Positions 7,862 through 18,925 of a DNA stretch of 29,332 nucleotides are shown here, piece after piece. A program made the translations under genes and the position numbers. The stretch covers positions 1 to 29,332 of the forward strand of contig JBMYOQ010000057.1 of assembly GCA_049599475.1 (NCBI GenBank), read 5' to 3'. Source of the stretch: Opitutales bacterium (GTDB lineage: Bacteria; Verrucomicrobiota; Verrucomicrobiia; Opitutales; JABSRG01). The notes below the pieces were generated by a model. That model searched no databases. It saw nothing but the letters and a program-made list of their open reading frames with translations, and was not told the DNA's origin. Every line of letters begins with the position of its first letter. Within the stretch, counting starts at the first letter, position 1.

Positions 7862-9595
7862 CTAGAACAGAAAATAACGCTGAGCCATTGGGAGGACTTC
7901 TGCGGGTTCGCAAGTCAGCACTTCGCCGTCTGCGGTTACCGTATAGGTCTCGGGATCGATTTCGATCTTCGGCATAGCGTCATTTAAAACCATGTCTTTC
8001 TTGCCGATGTTGCGCGTGTTTTCCACGGCTACCAATTGCTTTTTTAGCTCAAGCTTTTCGGCGATTTCCACTGGCTTAGCCGCCTTGCTTACAAAAGTGA
8101 TGCTTGTCTTGGATAATGCATTTCCGAAAGCAGCAAACTGTGGGCGGTAATACATCGGCTGAGGCGTCGGGATCGATGCATTGGGATCTCCCATGTTTGC
8201 GAGCGCAATCAAACCGCCTTTGAGCACAAGCTCGGGCTTTACACCGAATAGGGCGGGTTTGAACAATACAATATCAGCGAGTTTGCCGACTTCCAGTGTC
8301 CCGACATCTTTAGCACAGCCACAGGCGATTGCTGGGTTGATCGTGTATTTGGCAACATAGCGCAAAACACGGAAATTATCGGCAGCCGGGTGCGTTTCAG
8401 ATTCCAGCTTGCCGAACTGCTTTTTCATTTTATCGGCTGTCTGCCAGGTGCGGATAACAACCTCGCCCACGCGTCCCATAGCTTGGCTGTCGCTCGACAT
8501 GATGGAGATCGCGCCGCGATCGTGGAGGATGTCTTCAGCTGCAATGGTTTGTGGGCGAATGCGTGATTCCGCGAATGCGACGTCCTCCGGGATTTTGGAA
8601 TCCAAGTGGTGGCACACCATCAGCATGTCCAAATGCTCGTCGATCGTGTTGACGGTAAACGGGCGTGTTGGGTTGGTCGACGAAGGCAGGACATTCGGCT
8701 CAGCGCAGACCTTCATGATATCGGGAGCGTGTCCGCCTCCCGCACCTTCAGAGTGGAATGTGTGGATGACGCGGCCTTTGAAAGCTGCTAATGTGGTCTC
8801 TACGAAGCCCGCTTCATTCAGGGTGTCGGTGTGAATGGCCACTTGAATGTCCATCTCGTCGGCGACAGTGAGGCAGTGGTCGATAGCACTCGGAGTCGTG
8901 CCCCAGTCTTCGTGAAGCTTCAGGCCCATGGCTCCGGCTTCAATCTGCTCACGGAGGGCGTCGAGGTTGGAGGCATTGCCTTTGCCCATGAAGCCGAGAT
9001 TCATCGGGAAGGCTTCGGCGGCTTCGAGCATCTTCTGGATATTCCAGGCGCCTGGTGTGCAGGTGGTGGCATTTGTTCCAGTCGCGGGTCCTGTGCCGCC
9101 ACCGATCATCGTAGTAACACCACTTGAGAGCGCCTCATTGATTTGCTGTGGGCAAATAAAGTGAATGTGTGAGTCGAAACCACCTGCGGTTACGATATGT
9201 CCTTCTGCGGCAATGACCTCGGTGCCTGCACCGATTGTCATGCCTTCGGTGATACCTGACTGTATCAGGGGATTACCTGCGTGACCGATTCCTGCGATAC
9301 GGCCATTTTTCACTCCGATATCAGCTTTTATGATACCGAGAATTGGGTCGATGATGGTCGCATTGGTAAGCACGAGGTCGAGGCAGTCTTTGCCAATGGC
9401 GGTTGGGTCTTGCCCCATGCCGTCGCGGATAACTTTTCCGCCGCCAAATTTTACTTCGTTTCCGTAACCGCCCGCTTCGGCGATGAGATCCTTCTCGACT
9501 TCGATAAACAGCTCTGTGTCGGCGAGGCGCACTTGGTCGCCTACGGTAGGCCCATACATTTCGGCGTATTGGCGTCGGGTAAATTTCAGGCTCAT
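7862..9595 (-). CDS. ureC: Urease alpha subunit
   Basis: YGPTVGD; Ni ligands in [33 protein letters not shown] and SSDSQAMG; flap MLMVCHHL; ends AQRYFLF. Confidence 0.99.
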   Translation of the reverse strand: MSLKFTRRQYAEMYGPTVGDQVRLADTELFIEVEKDLIAEAGGYGNEVKFGGGKVIRDGMGQDPTAIGKDCLDLVLTNATIIDPILGIIKADIGVKNGRIAGIGHAGNPLIQSGITEGMTIGAGTEVIAAEGHIVTAGGFDSHIHFICPQQINEALSSGVTTMIGGGTGPATGTNATTCTPGAWNIQKMLEAAEAFPMNLGFMGKGNASNLDALREQIEAGAMGLKLHEDWGTTPSAIDHCLTVADEMDIQVAIHTDTLNEAGFVETTLAAFKGRVIHTFHSEGAGGGHAPDIMKVCAEPNVLPSSTNPTRPFTVNTIDEHLDMLMVCHHLDSKIPEDVAFAESRIRPQTIAAEDILHDRGAISIMSSDSQAMGRVGEVVIRTWQTADKMKKQFGKLESETHPAADNFRVLRYVAKYTINPAIACGCAKDVGTLEVGKLADIVLFKPALFGVKPELVLKGGLIALANMGDPNASIPTPQPMYYRPQFAAFGNALSKTSITFVSKAAKPVEIAEKLELKKQLVAVENTRNIGKKDMVLNDAMPKIEIDPETYTVTADGEVLTCEPAEVLPMAQRYFLF

Positions 9596-9613
9596 GATTG
9601 TTGGATTTCTAAG

Positions 9614-9687
9614 GGTAGGGGCGGATCTCCGAGCCGCCCGTCGAATTGGCTTATGTTCTGCGGTCCGCTCGGAGATCGGACCCTACC
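9614..9687. repeat. GGTAG-type REP inverted dimer (REPIN-like) between ureB and ureC
   Basis: GGTAGGGGCGGATCTCCGAGCCGCCCG (9614-9640), and the reverse complement of 9661-9687, GGTAGGGTCCGATCTCCGAGCGGACCG, separated by a 20-bp spacer. Confidence 0.85.
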
Positions 9688-9705
9688 TTTGTGTTACCTT
9701 TTGTA

Positions 9706-10017
9706 TTACAGGTCGCCGTCGACTAGGTTGTTTAGGCCAATGACGCGACGTTTGCCAGAGAGGGCGACGAGCTCGACTTCGCGGACGTCGCCAGGCTCAA
9801 AGCGGACCGCGGTGCCCGCGGCGATGTTTAGGCGGAAGCCTTTAGCTGCTTCGCGGTCGAACTCGAGAGCTGTGTTGGATTCGTAAAAGTGAAAGTGACT
9901 GCCAACCTGGACAGGGCGGTCGCCAGTGTTGCTGACTTTGACAGTGATTGTCTCTAGGCCAGGGTTGCCGATCAGTTCGGCGTCGGGGTCTGAGAATTTG
10001 TATTCGCCAGGGATCAT
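9706..10017 (-). CDS. ureB: Urease beta subunit
   Basis: [35 protein letters not shown]. Confidence 0.99.
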   Translation of the reverse strand: MIPGEYKFSDPDAELIGNPGLETITVKVSNTGDRPVQVGSHFHFYESNTALEFDREAAKGFRLNIAAGTAVRFEPGDVREVELVALSGKRRVIGLNNLVDGDL

Positions 10018-10316
10018 CGGAGCGGATTGTGGACGGTTACGAGTTTGGTGCCATCGGGGAAGGTGCCTTCGACTTGGACCTCGTGGATCATTTCTGGCAC
10101 ACCTTCCATGACATCCTCTTTCTTGAGGATCGTGGTGCCGTAGGACATGAGGTCGGCGACGGATTTTCCATCGCGGATACCTTCGAGCAGTTCGTAGGTT
10201 AAAATGGCAATCGTTTCAGGATAATTGAGCTTCAGGCCGCGTGATTGTCGGCGGCGCGCCAAATCCGCTGCGACGACGATCATCAGCTTTTCTTGTTCGC
10301 GTGGCGTTAGGTGCAT
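10014..10316 (-). CDS. ureA: Urease gamma subunit
   Basis: [33 protein letters not shown]. Confidence 0.99.
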   Translation of the reverse strand: MHLTPREQEKLMIVVAADLARRRQSRGLKLNYPETIAILTYELLEGIRDGKSVADLMSYGTTILKKEDVMEGVPEMIHEVQVEGTFPDGTKLVTVHNPLR

Positions 10317-10350
10317 GGATCGATGCTTGGGCTTTCAGGGTTAAACAGAA

Positions 10351-11061
10351 TTACACAGTGAGATACTTTTCGATCACCTCAGAAGTCAACGCCTCAGATT
10401 CACCGGACTGGACGACTGAGCCGCGATCGAGGATGTAAAATTCGTCGGAAGCGGCCTTGGCGAAGTCGAGATATTGCTCTACGAGGATGATCGCGAGATT
10501 CCCCTGCTTCTTTAGGAGATGAATGGCGTCTTCAATTTGGTCGATAATGGAAGGTTGGATACCCTCGGTTGGCTCGTCGAGAATGAGGAGCTTTGGGTTA
10601 GTCAACAGCGCCCGGCCGATGGCGAGTTGCTGCTGTTGTCCGCCGGAAAGGACGCCACCCTTGCGCTTCAACATCTCTTTGATGACAGGGAACAGCTCAT
10701 ATACTTCCTCGAGCTTATCTTTACCGGCTTTTCCAGAAATACTGATGCTGACTTCGAGGTTTTCTTGGACCGTGAGGTTCGGGAAAATATCGCGCCCTTG
10801 GGGCACGTAGCCCAGGCCGGCACGCGCGCGTTGGTCGCTGCGGAGCGAGTCAATGCGCTCACCTTCAAATGTGATCGAGCCTTCGGTCCTAGGCATGAGG
10901 CCCATAATGCTGCGCAAGAGGGTTGTTTTACCCACGCCATTACGCCCCAGCAGGGCTACGACTGAATTGGGGCGGACGTGCATGGATATGCCGCGCAGGA
11001 TGATCGACTCATCGTAACTCGCCTTCAGGTTTTTGACATCTAGGAGATACTCTTCGCTCAT
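10351..11061 (-). CDS. urtE: Urea ABC transporter ATP-binding subunit
   Basis: GRNGVGKT, YVPQGRDIF, LSGGQQQQLAIGRAL, DEPTEGIQPSII. Confidence 0.95.
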   Translation of the reverse strand: MSEEYLLDVKNLKASYDESIILRGISMHVRPNSVVALLGRNGVGKTTLLRSIMGLMPRTEGSITFEGERIDSLRSDQRARAGLGYVPQGRDIFPNLTVQENLEVSISISGKAGKDKLEEVYELFPVIKEMLKRKGGVLSGGQQQQLAIGRALLTNPKLLILDEPTEGIQPSIIDQIEDAIHLLKKQGNLAIILVEQYLDFAKAASDEFYILDRGSVVQSGESEALTSEVIEKYLTV

Positions 11062-11879
11062 GCTTTTGCCTCCGCGCTTGTGTCCTTCTTGCCTTGGCGC
11101 CCCAGGTAGATCTCGATGACTTCGGGGTCGCTCTGGACTTCCTTAAAAGTGCCTTCCTTGATGACGTGGCCTTGGTGTAGGACGGTGACCTTGCGGGCGA
11201 TTTGTTTGATGAATTCCATGTCGTGCTCGATGACGATCAAGCTGTGTTTCTTTTCTAGGCTAAGGAGGAGTTCGCCGGTGCGCTCGGTCTCCTCGTCACT
11301 CATGCCAGCAGCCGGTTCATCGATGAGGAGAATTGCCGGGTCTTGCGCGAGGAGCATTCCGATTTCCAGCCACTGTTTTTGCCCGTGCGAAAGCATGCCC
11401 GCTAGCTCATTCTTGCGATTTTGCAGACGAATGGTTTCGAGGACTTCATCGATACGCTCTTTGTCTGCCTTGGATTCGCGGTAAAAGAGAGTCTTGAATA
11501 CGCCGCGCGGGTGATTGAGCGACAGGACCAGGTTGTCGTAAACCGTGTGCGACTTATAGACGCTGGGTGTTTGAAACTTACGACCGATCCCCAGACGGTT
11601 AATTTCGAATTCCTTTACCTTGGTGAGATCGACATCGTGTCCATCGGGCTTGTGGAAGGTTACCGTGCCGGTATCTGGACGCGTGCGGCCGGTGATGATA
11701 TCCATGAAGGTGCTCTTTCCGGCGCCATTGGGTCCGATGACTGTGCGTAGCTCGCCCTCACGTAGATAAAAATTGAGGTCGTTGATCGCCTTGAATCCGT
11801 CGAAAGATTTATTTACTCCGGAGACTGAGAGCGTGTAAGGCGTATCGCGATAGAGTGGATCGTGATGTTCTTCGGTCAT
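11058..11879 (-). CDS. urtD: Urea ABC transporter ATP-binding subunit
   Basis: [39 protein letters not shown]. Confidence 0.95.
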   Translation of the reverse strand: MTEEHHDPLYRDTPYTLSVSGVNKSFDGFKAINDLNFYLREGELRTVIGPNGAGKSTFMDIITGRTRPDTGTVTFHKPDGHDVDLTKVKEFEINRLGIGRKFQTPSVYKSHTVYDNLVLSLNHPRGVFKTLFYRESKADKERIDEVLETIRLQNRKNELAGMLSHGQKQWLEIGMLLAQDPAILLIDEPAAGMSDEETERTGELLLSLEKKHSLIVIEHDMEFIKQIARKVTVLHQGHVIKEGTFKEVQSDPEVIEIYLGRQGKKDTSAEAKA

Positions 11880-12985
11880 GCTGCTGCGGGTGTTTCGAGT
11901 GATTTCTTTTGAGCGATCTTGGCTTTGATCTGTTTGAACACACCGACCAGACCGTCGGGCATGAATAGAACCACTAAGACGAACATGGTGCCCATGATGA
12001 TGAGCCAGTAGTCAGGAAATTGTTGCGTGGTATAACTCTTGATGAAGTTTACGAGGATGGCTCCGATCACGGGACCCCATTTGGTGCCGCGCCCTCCTAC
12101 GGCGACCCAGACAACGACTTCAAGAGATTTGGCGGCTTCCATGAGGCTCGGGTTGATGCCTCCGACCTGAGGGACATATAGAGCCCCTGCAGCACCCGCT
12201 ATCATTGCCGAAAGAACGAAAATGCTGAGCTTAAATGTGGTGGTGCTGTATCCGGAAAAGAGCACACGGTTTTCGGAATCACGGATAGCTTGCTGGACCT
12301 TACCGAATTTGGAGGAAAGCAGGGCAGATGTAATTGCGTATGTGATTACGAGAAGGACTACCGTTGAAATATAAAGACCCCGTATGGTTCCGGCGCTATT
12401 AATATCGAAACCAAGAATCTCCTTAAAGTCGGTAAAGCCATTGTTACCGCCGAAGGTAAAATCGTTTCTGAAGAACATTAAACAGGCGGCGTAGGTGAGC
12501 GCCTGCGTAAGGATCGAGAAATAGACCCCTTTGATCCGTGAACGGAAGGCTAAGAATCCAAAGATAAAGGCGACCAAGCCGGGCACCCATAAAGCCGCTC
12601 CGCTTGCAAACCAGAAGCTATAGAACGGCTCCCAGTGAGGGGGTAATTCTTGATATCCAAGAAATACCATGAAGTCAGGAAGGGGGCTCTGATATGCACC
12701 GCGCGTCCCGATCATCAGCATCAAATACATGCCGAATGCGTAGCCGCCTAGAGCAAAGAAAAAACTTTGGCAAAGGCAGAGAAGCCCTGTGTAGCCCCAT
12801 AGCAAATTCAGGCTCATTGCCATGATTGCAAAGGTGAGGTACTTCCCCCAGAGAGAAACTTGGAAAGAGTTTACCGATAAAAATCCGGAATCGGGCCCCC
12901 AAGTGTTCAAGATGGGCAACATCAGAAACAGCAGGGTAACGATCCCCAAGATACCGTATTCCTTTTTGGTGTCTTTTGAAAGCAT
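11876..12985 (-). CDS. urtC: Urea ABC transporter permease
   Basis: [46 protein letters not shown]. Confidence 0.95.
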   Translation of the reverse strand: MLSKDTKKEYGILGIVTLLFLMLPILNTWGPDSGFLSVNSFQVSLWGKYLTFAIMAMSLNLLWGYTGLLCLCQSFFFALGGYAFGMYLMLMIGTRGAYQSPLPDFMVFLGYQELPPHWEPFYSFWFASGAALWVPGLVAFIFGFLAFRSRIKGVYFSILTQALTYAACLMFFRNDFTFGGNNGFTDFKEILGFDINSAGTIRGLYISTVVLLVITYAITSALLSSKFGKVQQAIRDSENRVLFSGYSTTTFKLSIFVLSAMIAGAAGALYVPQVGGINPSLMEAAKSLEVVVWVAVGGRGTKWGPVIGAILVNFIKSYTTQQFPDYWLIIMGTMFVLVVLFMPDGLVGVFKQIKAKIAQKKSLETPAAA

Positions 12986-13008
12986 AGCGATTATTCAGAA
13001 AGCTTGGA

Positions 13009-14646
13009 TCAATCTTCGAGGCTGCGTGATTGTGTCGGGAAGAGACCCCCGGGGCGCCACTGGAGGAAGAGAATGATTACTGTGAAGACGGTGATCTTGC
13101 CCATCACTGGGCCCAGGGATGGTTGGAGTAATTGGTCGACCAGGCCGATGCCCATGGCTGAGACTCCGGCACCGAGCAGGTTGCCCACACTGCCTATTAC
13201 TACGACCATGAAGCTATCTACGATATACGCCTGTCCCATTGAGGGTCCTACATTGCCGATCTGAGAGAGAGCTGCACCGCCTAATGCTGCGAGTCCACAT
13301 CCAAGGGCAAAGGTCATGGAGTTTACGCGTGAGACTGGGATGCCGAGGCTGCTGGCCATGCCGCGGTTTTGCATGACGGCGCGGATGTGCAGGCCGAGGC
13401 TAGTTTTTCGAAGGAGTAGCCAAGTCAAAATGATAACGACCAGAGCCAAGAACATAATGAAGAGGCGCGTGTGGCTCATTTGAAACTCGCCGAAGCTCAC
13501 ATTGCCCATGAGCCAGCCTGGATTGTTCACTTGGACATTCGCGGCGCCAAAGATTAGGCGGAAGGCTTGTTGCATGATCATGGAAATTCCCCAGGTGCAC
13601 AGTAAGGACTCCAGGGGGCGGCGGTACAGGAAGCGGATAACTGATTTTTCTAGGATAAGTCCTAAGAATGCCGCTACAAAAAAGCTTACAGGAAGAGCCA
13701 CCACAAAATACCAACCGAAGGCTGGACTGCCCAAGCCGAAGGTGTCGATGAAAGCCTTTTGAACGAGGAAAGTGACGTATCCACCGATCGCGACAAATTC
13801 ACCGTGTGCCATGTTGATGACACCCATCAGGCCAAATGTGATGGCGAGGCCAAAGGATACGATTAGCAGTACGGAGCCCGTGCTGAAACCCCGGAAGAAG
13901 CTTCCGAAAAATTCGAGTTGCTTGATATGTCTCTCGATTTTCTGCAGAGACTCTTGAGCCGCTAAGACGAGCTCACTGTCTGGCCGGCCGGCCTCTGTTT
14001 CTTTAGAGATAACTGTATCCAAAAAAGCACGCGAGGCTATCGACTTTGTTTCACCTAATTGAGTGACCGCCTCCAATACCTGGGTTTCATCGCCATTTGC
14101 CAGCAGGCTAATCGCGATTGCCTCTTGTATTGCTTTTTTTACTTCTGCGTTGTCTTCAACTTCTAGACGAGATTGTAGCGCAGGGAGAAAGGCTTCTGAT
14201 TGGCTGCGACCCATTTTAATGGCGGAGTCGATACGTTCTGCGGGGTCGGATGCTTTGAGCCCTAGTGTATCAATGATTCCCTTCATTTGTCTTCGAAGGG
14301 AACGGGCCGGCCGCTGTTTCTCCGCTGCCTCAGCTTCCGCTTCGGTCAGCGCAACGATTTCGCCTGTGCGGACGGAGGACCATTCCTGTGTATCGAGGAA
14401 TTGGAGTAGAATTGAAGTGCCTTCTTTATCTGCGAGGTATACGCCGCCGGTTCTCCAGGCTTCGTAAATGTCGGCAATGATCGCATCTCCATAGCTTTCT
14501 AGCTCTTCGACGAGGGCAGCCTGGTCGTCTTTCTCTGCTAGAATGAGATCGGCGATAACTTCGCGAGCTGAGCGATCTTGAGCCCAGCTTTGTGTGCCGA
14601 TGAGCGATAGGGCGGTGAAAAAGAGTAATGAGAGAAGGCGAGACAT
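13009..14646 (-). CDS. urtB: Urea ABC transporter permease with N-terminal periplasmic helical (HEAT-like) domain
   Basis: Signal peptide, helical domain, then [29 protein letters not shown] and [10 protein letters not shown]. Confidence 0.95.
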   Translation of the reverse strand: MSRLLSLLFFTALSLIGTQSWAQDRSAREVIADLILAEKDDQAALVEELESYGDAIIADIYEAWRTGGVYLADKEGTSILLQFLDTQEWSSVRTGEIVALTEAEAEAAEKQRPARSLRRQMKGIIDTLGLKASDPAERIDSAIKMGRSQSEAFLPALQSRLEVEDNAEVKKAIQEAIAISLLANGDETQVLEAVTQLGETKSIASRAFLDTVISKETEAGRPDSELVLAAQESLQKIERHIKQLEFFGSFFRGFSTGSVLLIVSFGLAITFGLMGVINMAHGEFVAIGGYVTFLVQKAFIDTFGLGSPAFGWYFVVALPVSFFVAAFLGLILEKSVIRFLYRRPLESLLCTWGISMIMQQAFRLIFGAANVQVNNPGWLMGNVSFGEFQMSHTRLFIMFLALVVIILTWLLLRKTSLGLHIRAVMQNRGMASSLGIPVSRVNSMTFALGCGLAALGGAALSQIGNVGPSMGQAYIVDSFMVVVIGSVGNLLGAGVSAMGIGLVDQLLQPSLGPVMGKITVFTVIILFLQWRPGGLFPTQSRSLED

Positions 14647-14744
14647 AGCAGAAAAAGCGGGAAGTCGATTTGCCGAATTCGGAGACGCTCTACTCAGGCG
14701 TATAGGCCTGGAGGGAAAGCTCTAGAAAATTTTTCGAAATGCAG

Positions 14745-14782
14745 AAAAAAAGGGCTTGTGGGATTCAAATACCCACAAGCCC
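14745..14782 (-). terminator. Intrinsic terminator-like hairpin between urtA and urtB
   Basis: 11-bp perfect stem GGGCTTGTGGG/CCCACAAGCCC followed by T7 on the minus strand. Confidence 0.8.
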
Positions 14783-14828
14783 CCACTTAAATTAAGTTTT
14801 CTTAAATATGACTATCGGGGGAACTCTC

Positions 14829-16091
<1,263 letters not shown>

Positions 16092-16156
16092 AAGATTCGT
16101 GGTTTATATTGAGAGCTCCTTTATTCGTTCGATCCGAATAAAAGGCGGTTATTGTT

Positions 16157-16172
16157 AGCAACGCGTGTGCCT
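16157..16172 (-). promoter_or_regulatory. Sigma54 (-24/-12) promoter for urt-ure operon
   Basis: Minus strand AGGCACACGCGTTGCT = GG-N10-GC, matching TGGCAC-N5-TTGCW at all but the first base; 65 nt upstream of the urtA ATG. Confidence 0.8.
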
Positions 16173-16214
16173 TATGAGAACATAGTTGCATTAATTTCGC
16201 TCATTAAAATGATT

Positions 16215-16246
16215 AAGCCCTTTAATTGTATACAATTAAAGGGCTT
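16215..16246. promoter_or_regulatory. Perfect 32-bp palindrome, candidate operator
   Basis: AAGCCCTTTAATTGTA|TACAATTAAAGGGCTT, no spacer, ~43 bp upstream of the -24 element. The sequence is certain; the function is inferred. Confidence 0.55.
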
Positions 16247-16437
16247 GGTAAGCGGGTTTCGGAGCTGGTGATTGCTCGAATTGGAAGGGGATGCTTCGCT
16301 GGATGTTTCCTATCCTAAATGTGCGTGGCTGCCTGGTTGATTGAGATGTTTTATCTGTGGATTCCTCGTGTTGATTATCAACCGGATTTAAGCCGCGTCT
16401 GGAGGCGGTAAAGCTGGATTGAGCTTGTGATGTTCGC

Positions 16438-16941
16438 TTAGAGCTCTGGCTCTTCGATATCTACGACCTTGTTCTTGTAGAATTTTACTTTGGCTTCTAC
16501 GCGTTTGTTCGTTGCTACGCGGCGGCCTCTGTAGGTGTAAACGTTGTCGATGCGCTTTCTGAGCGAGGGTTCGTCTGTGTATGGTTTGCCGAGAATTTGC
16601 ACGACGGCTTCGGAAGTCATACCCTTTTTGATTTGGTCCCATTTCTCGGCGTCCATCCATGGGTGGTGGGCTGCCTCTTGGCGGGATTGCATGACATTGA
16701 TGACACTGTCGATGATACCGGTCTTTTGTTCGGTTGCTTTCGGTGCTGCTGTGCGTGCGGCTACTTCGCTTGCAATGGCATCGATGTCAGGTGCGGCTTG
16801 GGCTTCTTTGAGTTGCTGTTCCAGCATTTGGACGCGCTTCAAGAGCGCTTCAAACTCAGCACGTGAAACGTCTTGAGCGTGTGCTGCGTTGAATGCGGTG
16901 AGCAGGATTGTGAGAATTGAGGAGGCAAGCAGGTGTTTCAT
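16438..16941 (-). CDS. Secreted protein: coiled coil plus SmpA/BamE-like C-terminal domain
   Basis: Start reassigned to ATG 16941 (MKHLLASS...AAHA signal peptide) because the longer ORF begins inside a terminator; heptad segment EFEALLKRVQMLEQQLK; WDQIKKGMTSEAVVQILGKP motif. Confidence 0.75.
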   Translation of the reverse strand: MKHLLASSILTILLTAFNAAHAQDVSRAEFEALLKRVQMLEQQLKEAQAAPDIDAIASEVAARTAAPKATEQKTGIIDSVINVMQSRQEAAHHPWMDAEKWDQIKKGMTSEAVVQILGKPYTDEPSLRKRIDNVYTYRGRRVATNKRVEAKVKFYKNKVVDIEEPEL

Positions 16942-16957
16942 TGCCTTGTGTATGGGC

Positions 16958-16990
16958 AAAAAAAAAGGGCTCCGCAATGCGGAACCCTTT
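16958..16990 (-). terminator. Intrinsic terminator of the 17019-17903 beta-barrel gene
   Basis: Minus strand AAAGGGTTCCGC-ATT-GCGGAGCCC-T9. Confidence 0.85.
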
Positions 16991-17018
16991 AAAATGAGAA
17001 CTATTCAGTTTCTAAGAA

Positions 17019-17903
17019 TTAGAAAGTGAAGAGAAGCTCAGCTGCGAGTTGTGTGTCGCTGAAAGCTTCGTCGTCTGCATCGTCATAGCTCCACTCAACG
17101 AGGCCGATAACGTTGTCAGAGAATGTGTAGCTAGGTGAGATTGTGTAGCGGATGTAGTCGAATCCGAAGATGTCACCGTCAGTTACACGGAAAGTTACAC
17201 CTGCGTCGCCGAATGCGTAGTTAACGAGACCCATGAGGTGAGTTACGTCGCCAGCACCGTCGAAGTCGTTGTCTGTGTATTCAACAGCGAATGTGAATGC
17301 GTCAACAACGTAAGAACCCCAGATGTTCCATGTTTCGTAACCTGGATCGTTAGCGTAGATGAACTTAACAGTGAGGTCTTCAACTCCTGTGTAAGCTACG
17401 AGAACTTCGATAGAAGCTTCGTTGTCTGCTTCACCGACCCAGAGTCCGAGTGCGTAGTCGTCTGTTACATAGTCAGCAGATGCGCCAACTGCGTATCCAG
17501 CAGAGTAAGCTACAGCACCTTGGTATCCTTGGTAGCTGAACTGGTAAAGACCAGTAGCGTCGAAAGTTTCGAAGCCTTGGTAGCTGAGGATGTTACCTAC
17601 TGAGAACGAAAGCTCGTCGCTAGCAGCATATGTGATAGTAACGGTTTCGAAGTCATAGGTGTCAGCACCCATGTAGTAAGAGACTTCAGCAACAGCTGAC
17701 CATGCGCTGTCTTCTGGTGTGAAGTTGAAACCGAGTTCTACTTCAGCTACTTCGCCAGTCCAGTCAGACATGTCATCTTCGCTGTAGAACCAAGTGTCTA
17801 CGTAACCAGCGAGGCTCAAATCGTCGGTAAGTACGATCTCAGCGTTAGCAGTAGCAGCTAGCACAGAAGCGCCAGCGAGTACACTAGTGATTGTTTTTTT
17901 CAT
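17019..17903 (-). CDS. Outer-membrane beta-barrel, putative porin (BBP2-like)
   Basis: Signal peptide, GYVD motif near the mature N-terminus, G.ETFD..GLYQFS loop, alternating aromatic strands, C-terminal Phe; very acidic; codon bias suggests high expression. Confidence 0.8.
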   Translation of the reverse strand: MKKTITSVLAGASVLAATANAEIVLTDDLSLAGYVDTWFYSEDDMSDWTGEVAEVELGFNFTPEDSAWSAVAEVSYYMGADTYDFETVTITYAASDELSFSVGNILSYQGFETFDATGLYQFSYQGYQGAVAYSAGYAVGASADYVTDDYALGLWVGEADNEASIEVLVAYTGVEDLTVKFIYANDPGYETWNIWGSYVVDAFTFAVEYTDNDFDGAGDVTHLMGLVNYAFGDAGVTFRVTDGDIFGFDYIRYTISPSYTFSDNVIGLVEWSYDDADDEAFSDTQLAAELLFTF

Positions 17904-18144
17904 AATTGCAGTTTGTTCAGTTTGTTTGGTCTTCGTGTAAAGACCAGGAGAGTGTTAGCAAAATTTTAGTCGTGTTGTAAAGCTGTGAATTTGAAGAAAT
18001 TTTTTGGTATCTATGAATGAAATTTGGAGAAAAATGGACAGTGGCGTGATGCGAGTGGTCTATTTTGGATAAATTTGTTCACCAAAAGCGACAAATTGGG
18101 GTACAATAAATGTCCAATTCGCTGTGGTCTCAGTGATGCAGCAT

Positions 18145-18173
18145 AAAAAAAGCCACACGGTGAGGTGTGGCTT
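18145..18173 (-). terminator. Intrinsic terminator of the TorF-like gene
   Basis: Stem AAGCCACAC/GTGTGGCTT with 6-nt loop, running into a T-tract on the minus strand. Confidence 0.85.
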
Positions 18174-18201
18174 AGAAAATTGAGAAAGCTTTCTCGTTTT
18201 T

Positions 18202-18864
18202 TTAGAATCCTGCAGAGAAGGAAGCGCCCCAGTAGAATTCTGAATCTCCGTCTTCAAGGTCGGAAACGCGGATTCCGATTGAGCCCGATGCGTTCTCAGT
18301 GAAGCTGTAGCTTACGTCTGCAGTTGCACCGAGGTAGTATTGGCCGTCGCCTTCATCTGGTTCGATGTAGCCGAGGTAAGCGCCGAGGTCGAAGGAGGTT
18401 GAGTCGCTGATTTCGACACTGTATCCGCCGGATCCTTCAAGCGTGAATACTTCAAGGTCTACATCATAGTAGAGGTAGACTGCTGGCGAGAGGACTACGT
18501 CAAAGGCCGCGCCGATGTATGCTTCGAATGTTGTTTCGTCTGCACCCGCGCCTGCTTCAGGGTAGTAGTATACTGTGCCGCCGAAGTCCAATGACACGAG
18601 ATCGGACGCTGCGAAGCCGTAACCCGCGTAGAAGTCGATTTCGTTGTCCTGGCCGCCTGTGATAGGCTGTGCTGTCCAAATACCGGTGTAGAAATCACCG
18701 AAAGCGATATCGACTGAACCGTGGAAAATGTCGTCCGCTAGCTCAGCGCCGCGGAATACATATACAGATTCATAGCCAACTGTTGAAGTAATGGAAAGCT
18801 CTTGGGCGTTGGCTGCAGTAGCAACGCCTAGGGCTGCAATCATTGAAGTGATTGTTTTGTTCAT
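18202..18864 (-). CDS. TorF-family (TIGR02001-like) putative porin
   Basis: Start reassigned to ATG 18864 (MNKTITS...ANA signal); S.YVFRG, EIDFYAGY and YYYP motifs; C-terminal Phe. Confidence 0.85.
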   Translation of the reverse strand: MNKTITSMIAALGVATAANAQELSITSTVGYESVYVFRGAELADDIFHGSVDIAFGDFYTGIWTAQPITGGQDNEIDFYAGYGFAASDLVSLDFGGTVYYYPEAGAGADETTFEAYIGAAFDVVLSPAVYLYYDVDLEVFTLEGSGGYSVEISDSTSFDLGAYLGYIEPDEGDGQYYLGATADVSYSFTENASGSIGIRVSDLEDGDSEFYWGASFSAGF

Positions 18865-18925
18865 GGTAGTGTTGTAGTTTGTTCTGTTTGCTTTCGGAAA
18901 CATTGAACGTCCCGAAATAATCAAA

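Noticed and set aside
5870..9687. CRISPR array interpretation of the palindromic repeats
   Set aside because: Repeats occur as isolated inverted pairs in intergenic gaps, with no regular spacers and no cas genes.
9281..9886. 201-aa plus-strand ORF over ureC/REP/ureB, and the many other antisense ORFs in the track
   Set aside because: Antisense shadows of well-supported genes, with no motifs or independent start signals.
13900..14646. Large N-terminal extension of UrtB as a novelty
   Set aside because: Long UrtB proteins with a periplasmic helical domain are a known form.
16118..16145. ANTAR-type dual hairpin in the urtA leader
   Set aside because: Only one hairpin, with a 7-nt loop, and no terminator follows before urtA.
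16942..16977. Longer N-terminus of the 179-aa ORF
   Set aside because: It starts within the porin terminator; ATG 16941 gives a clean signal peptide.
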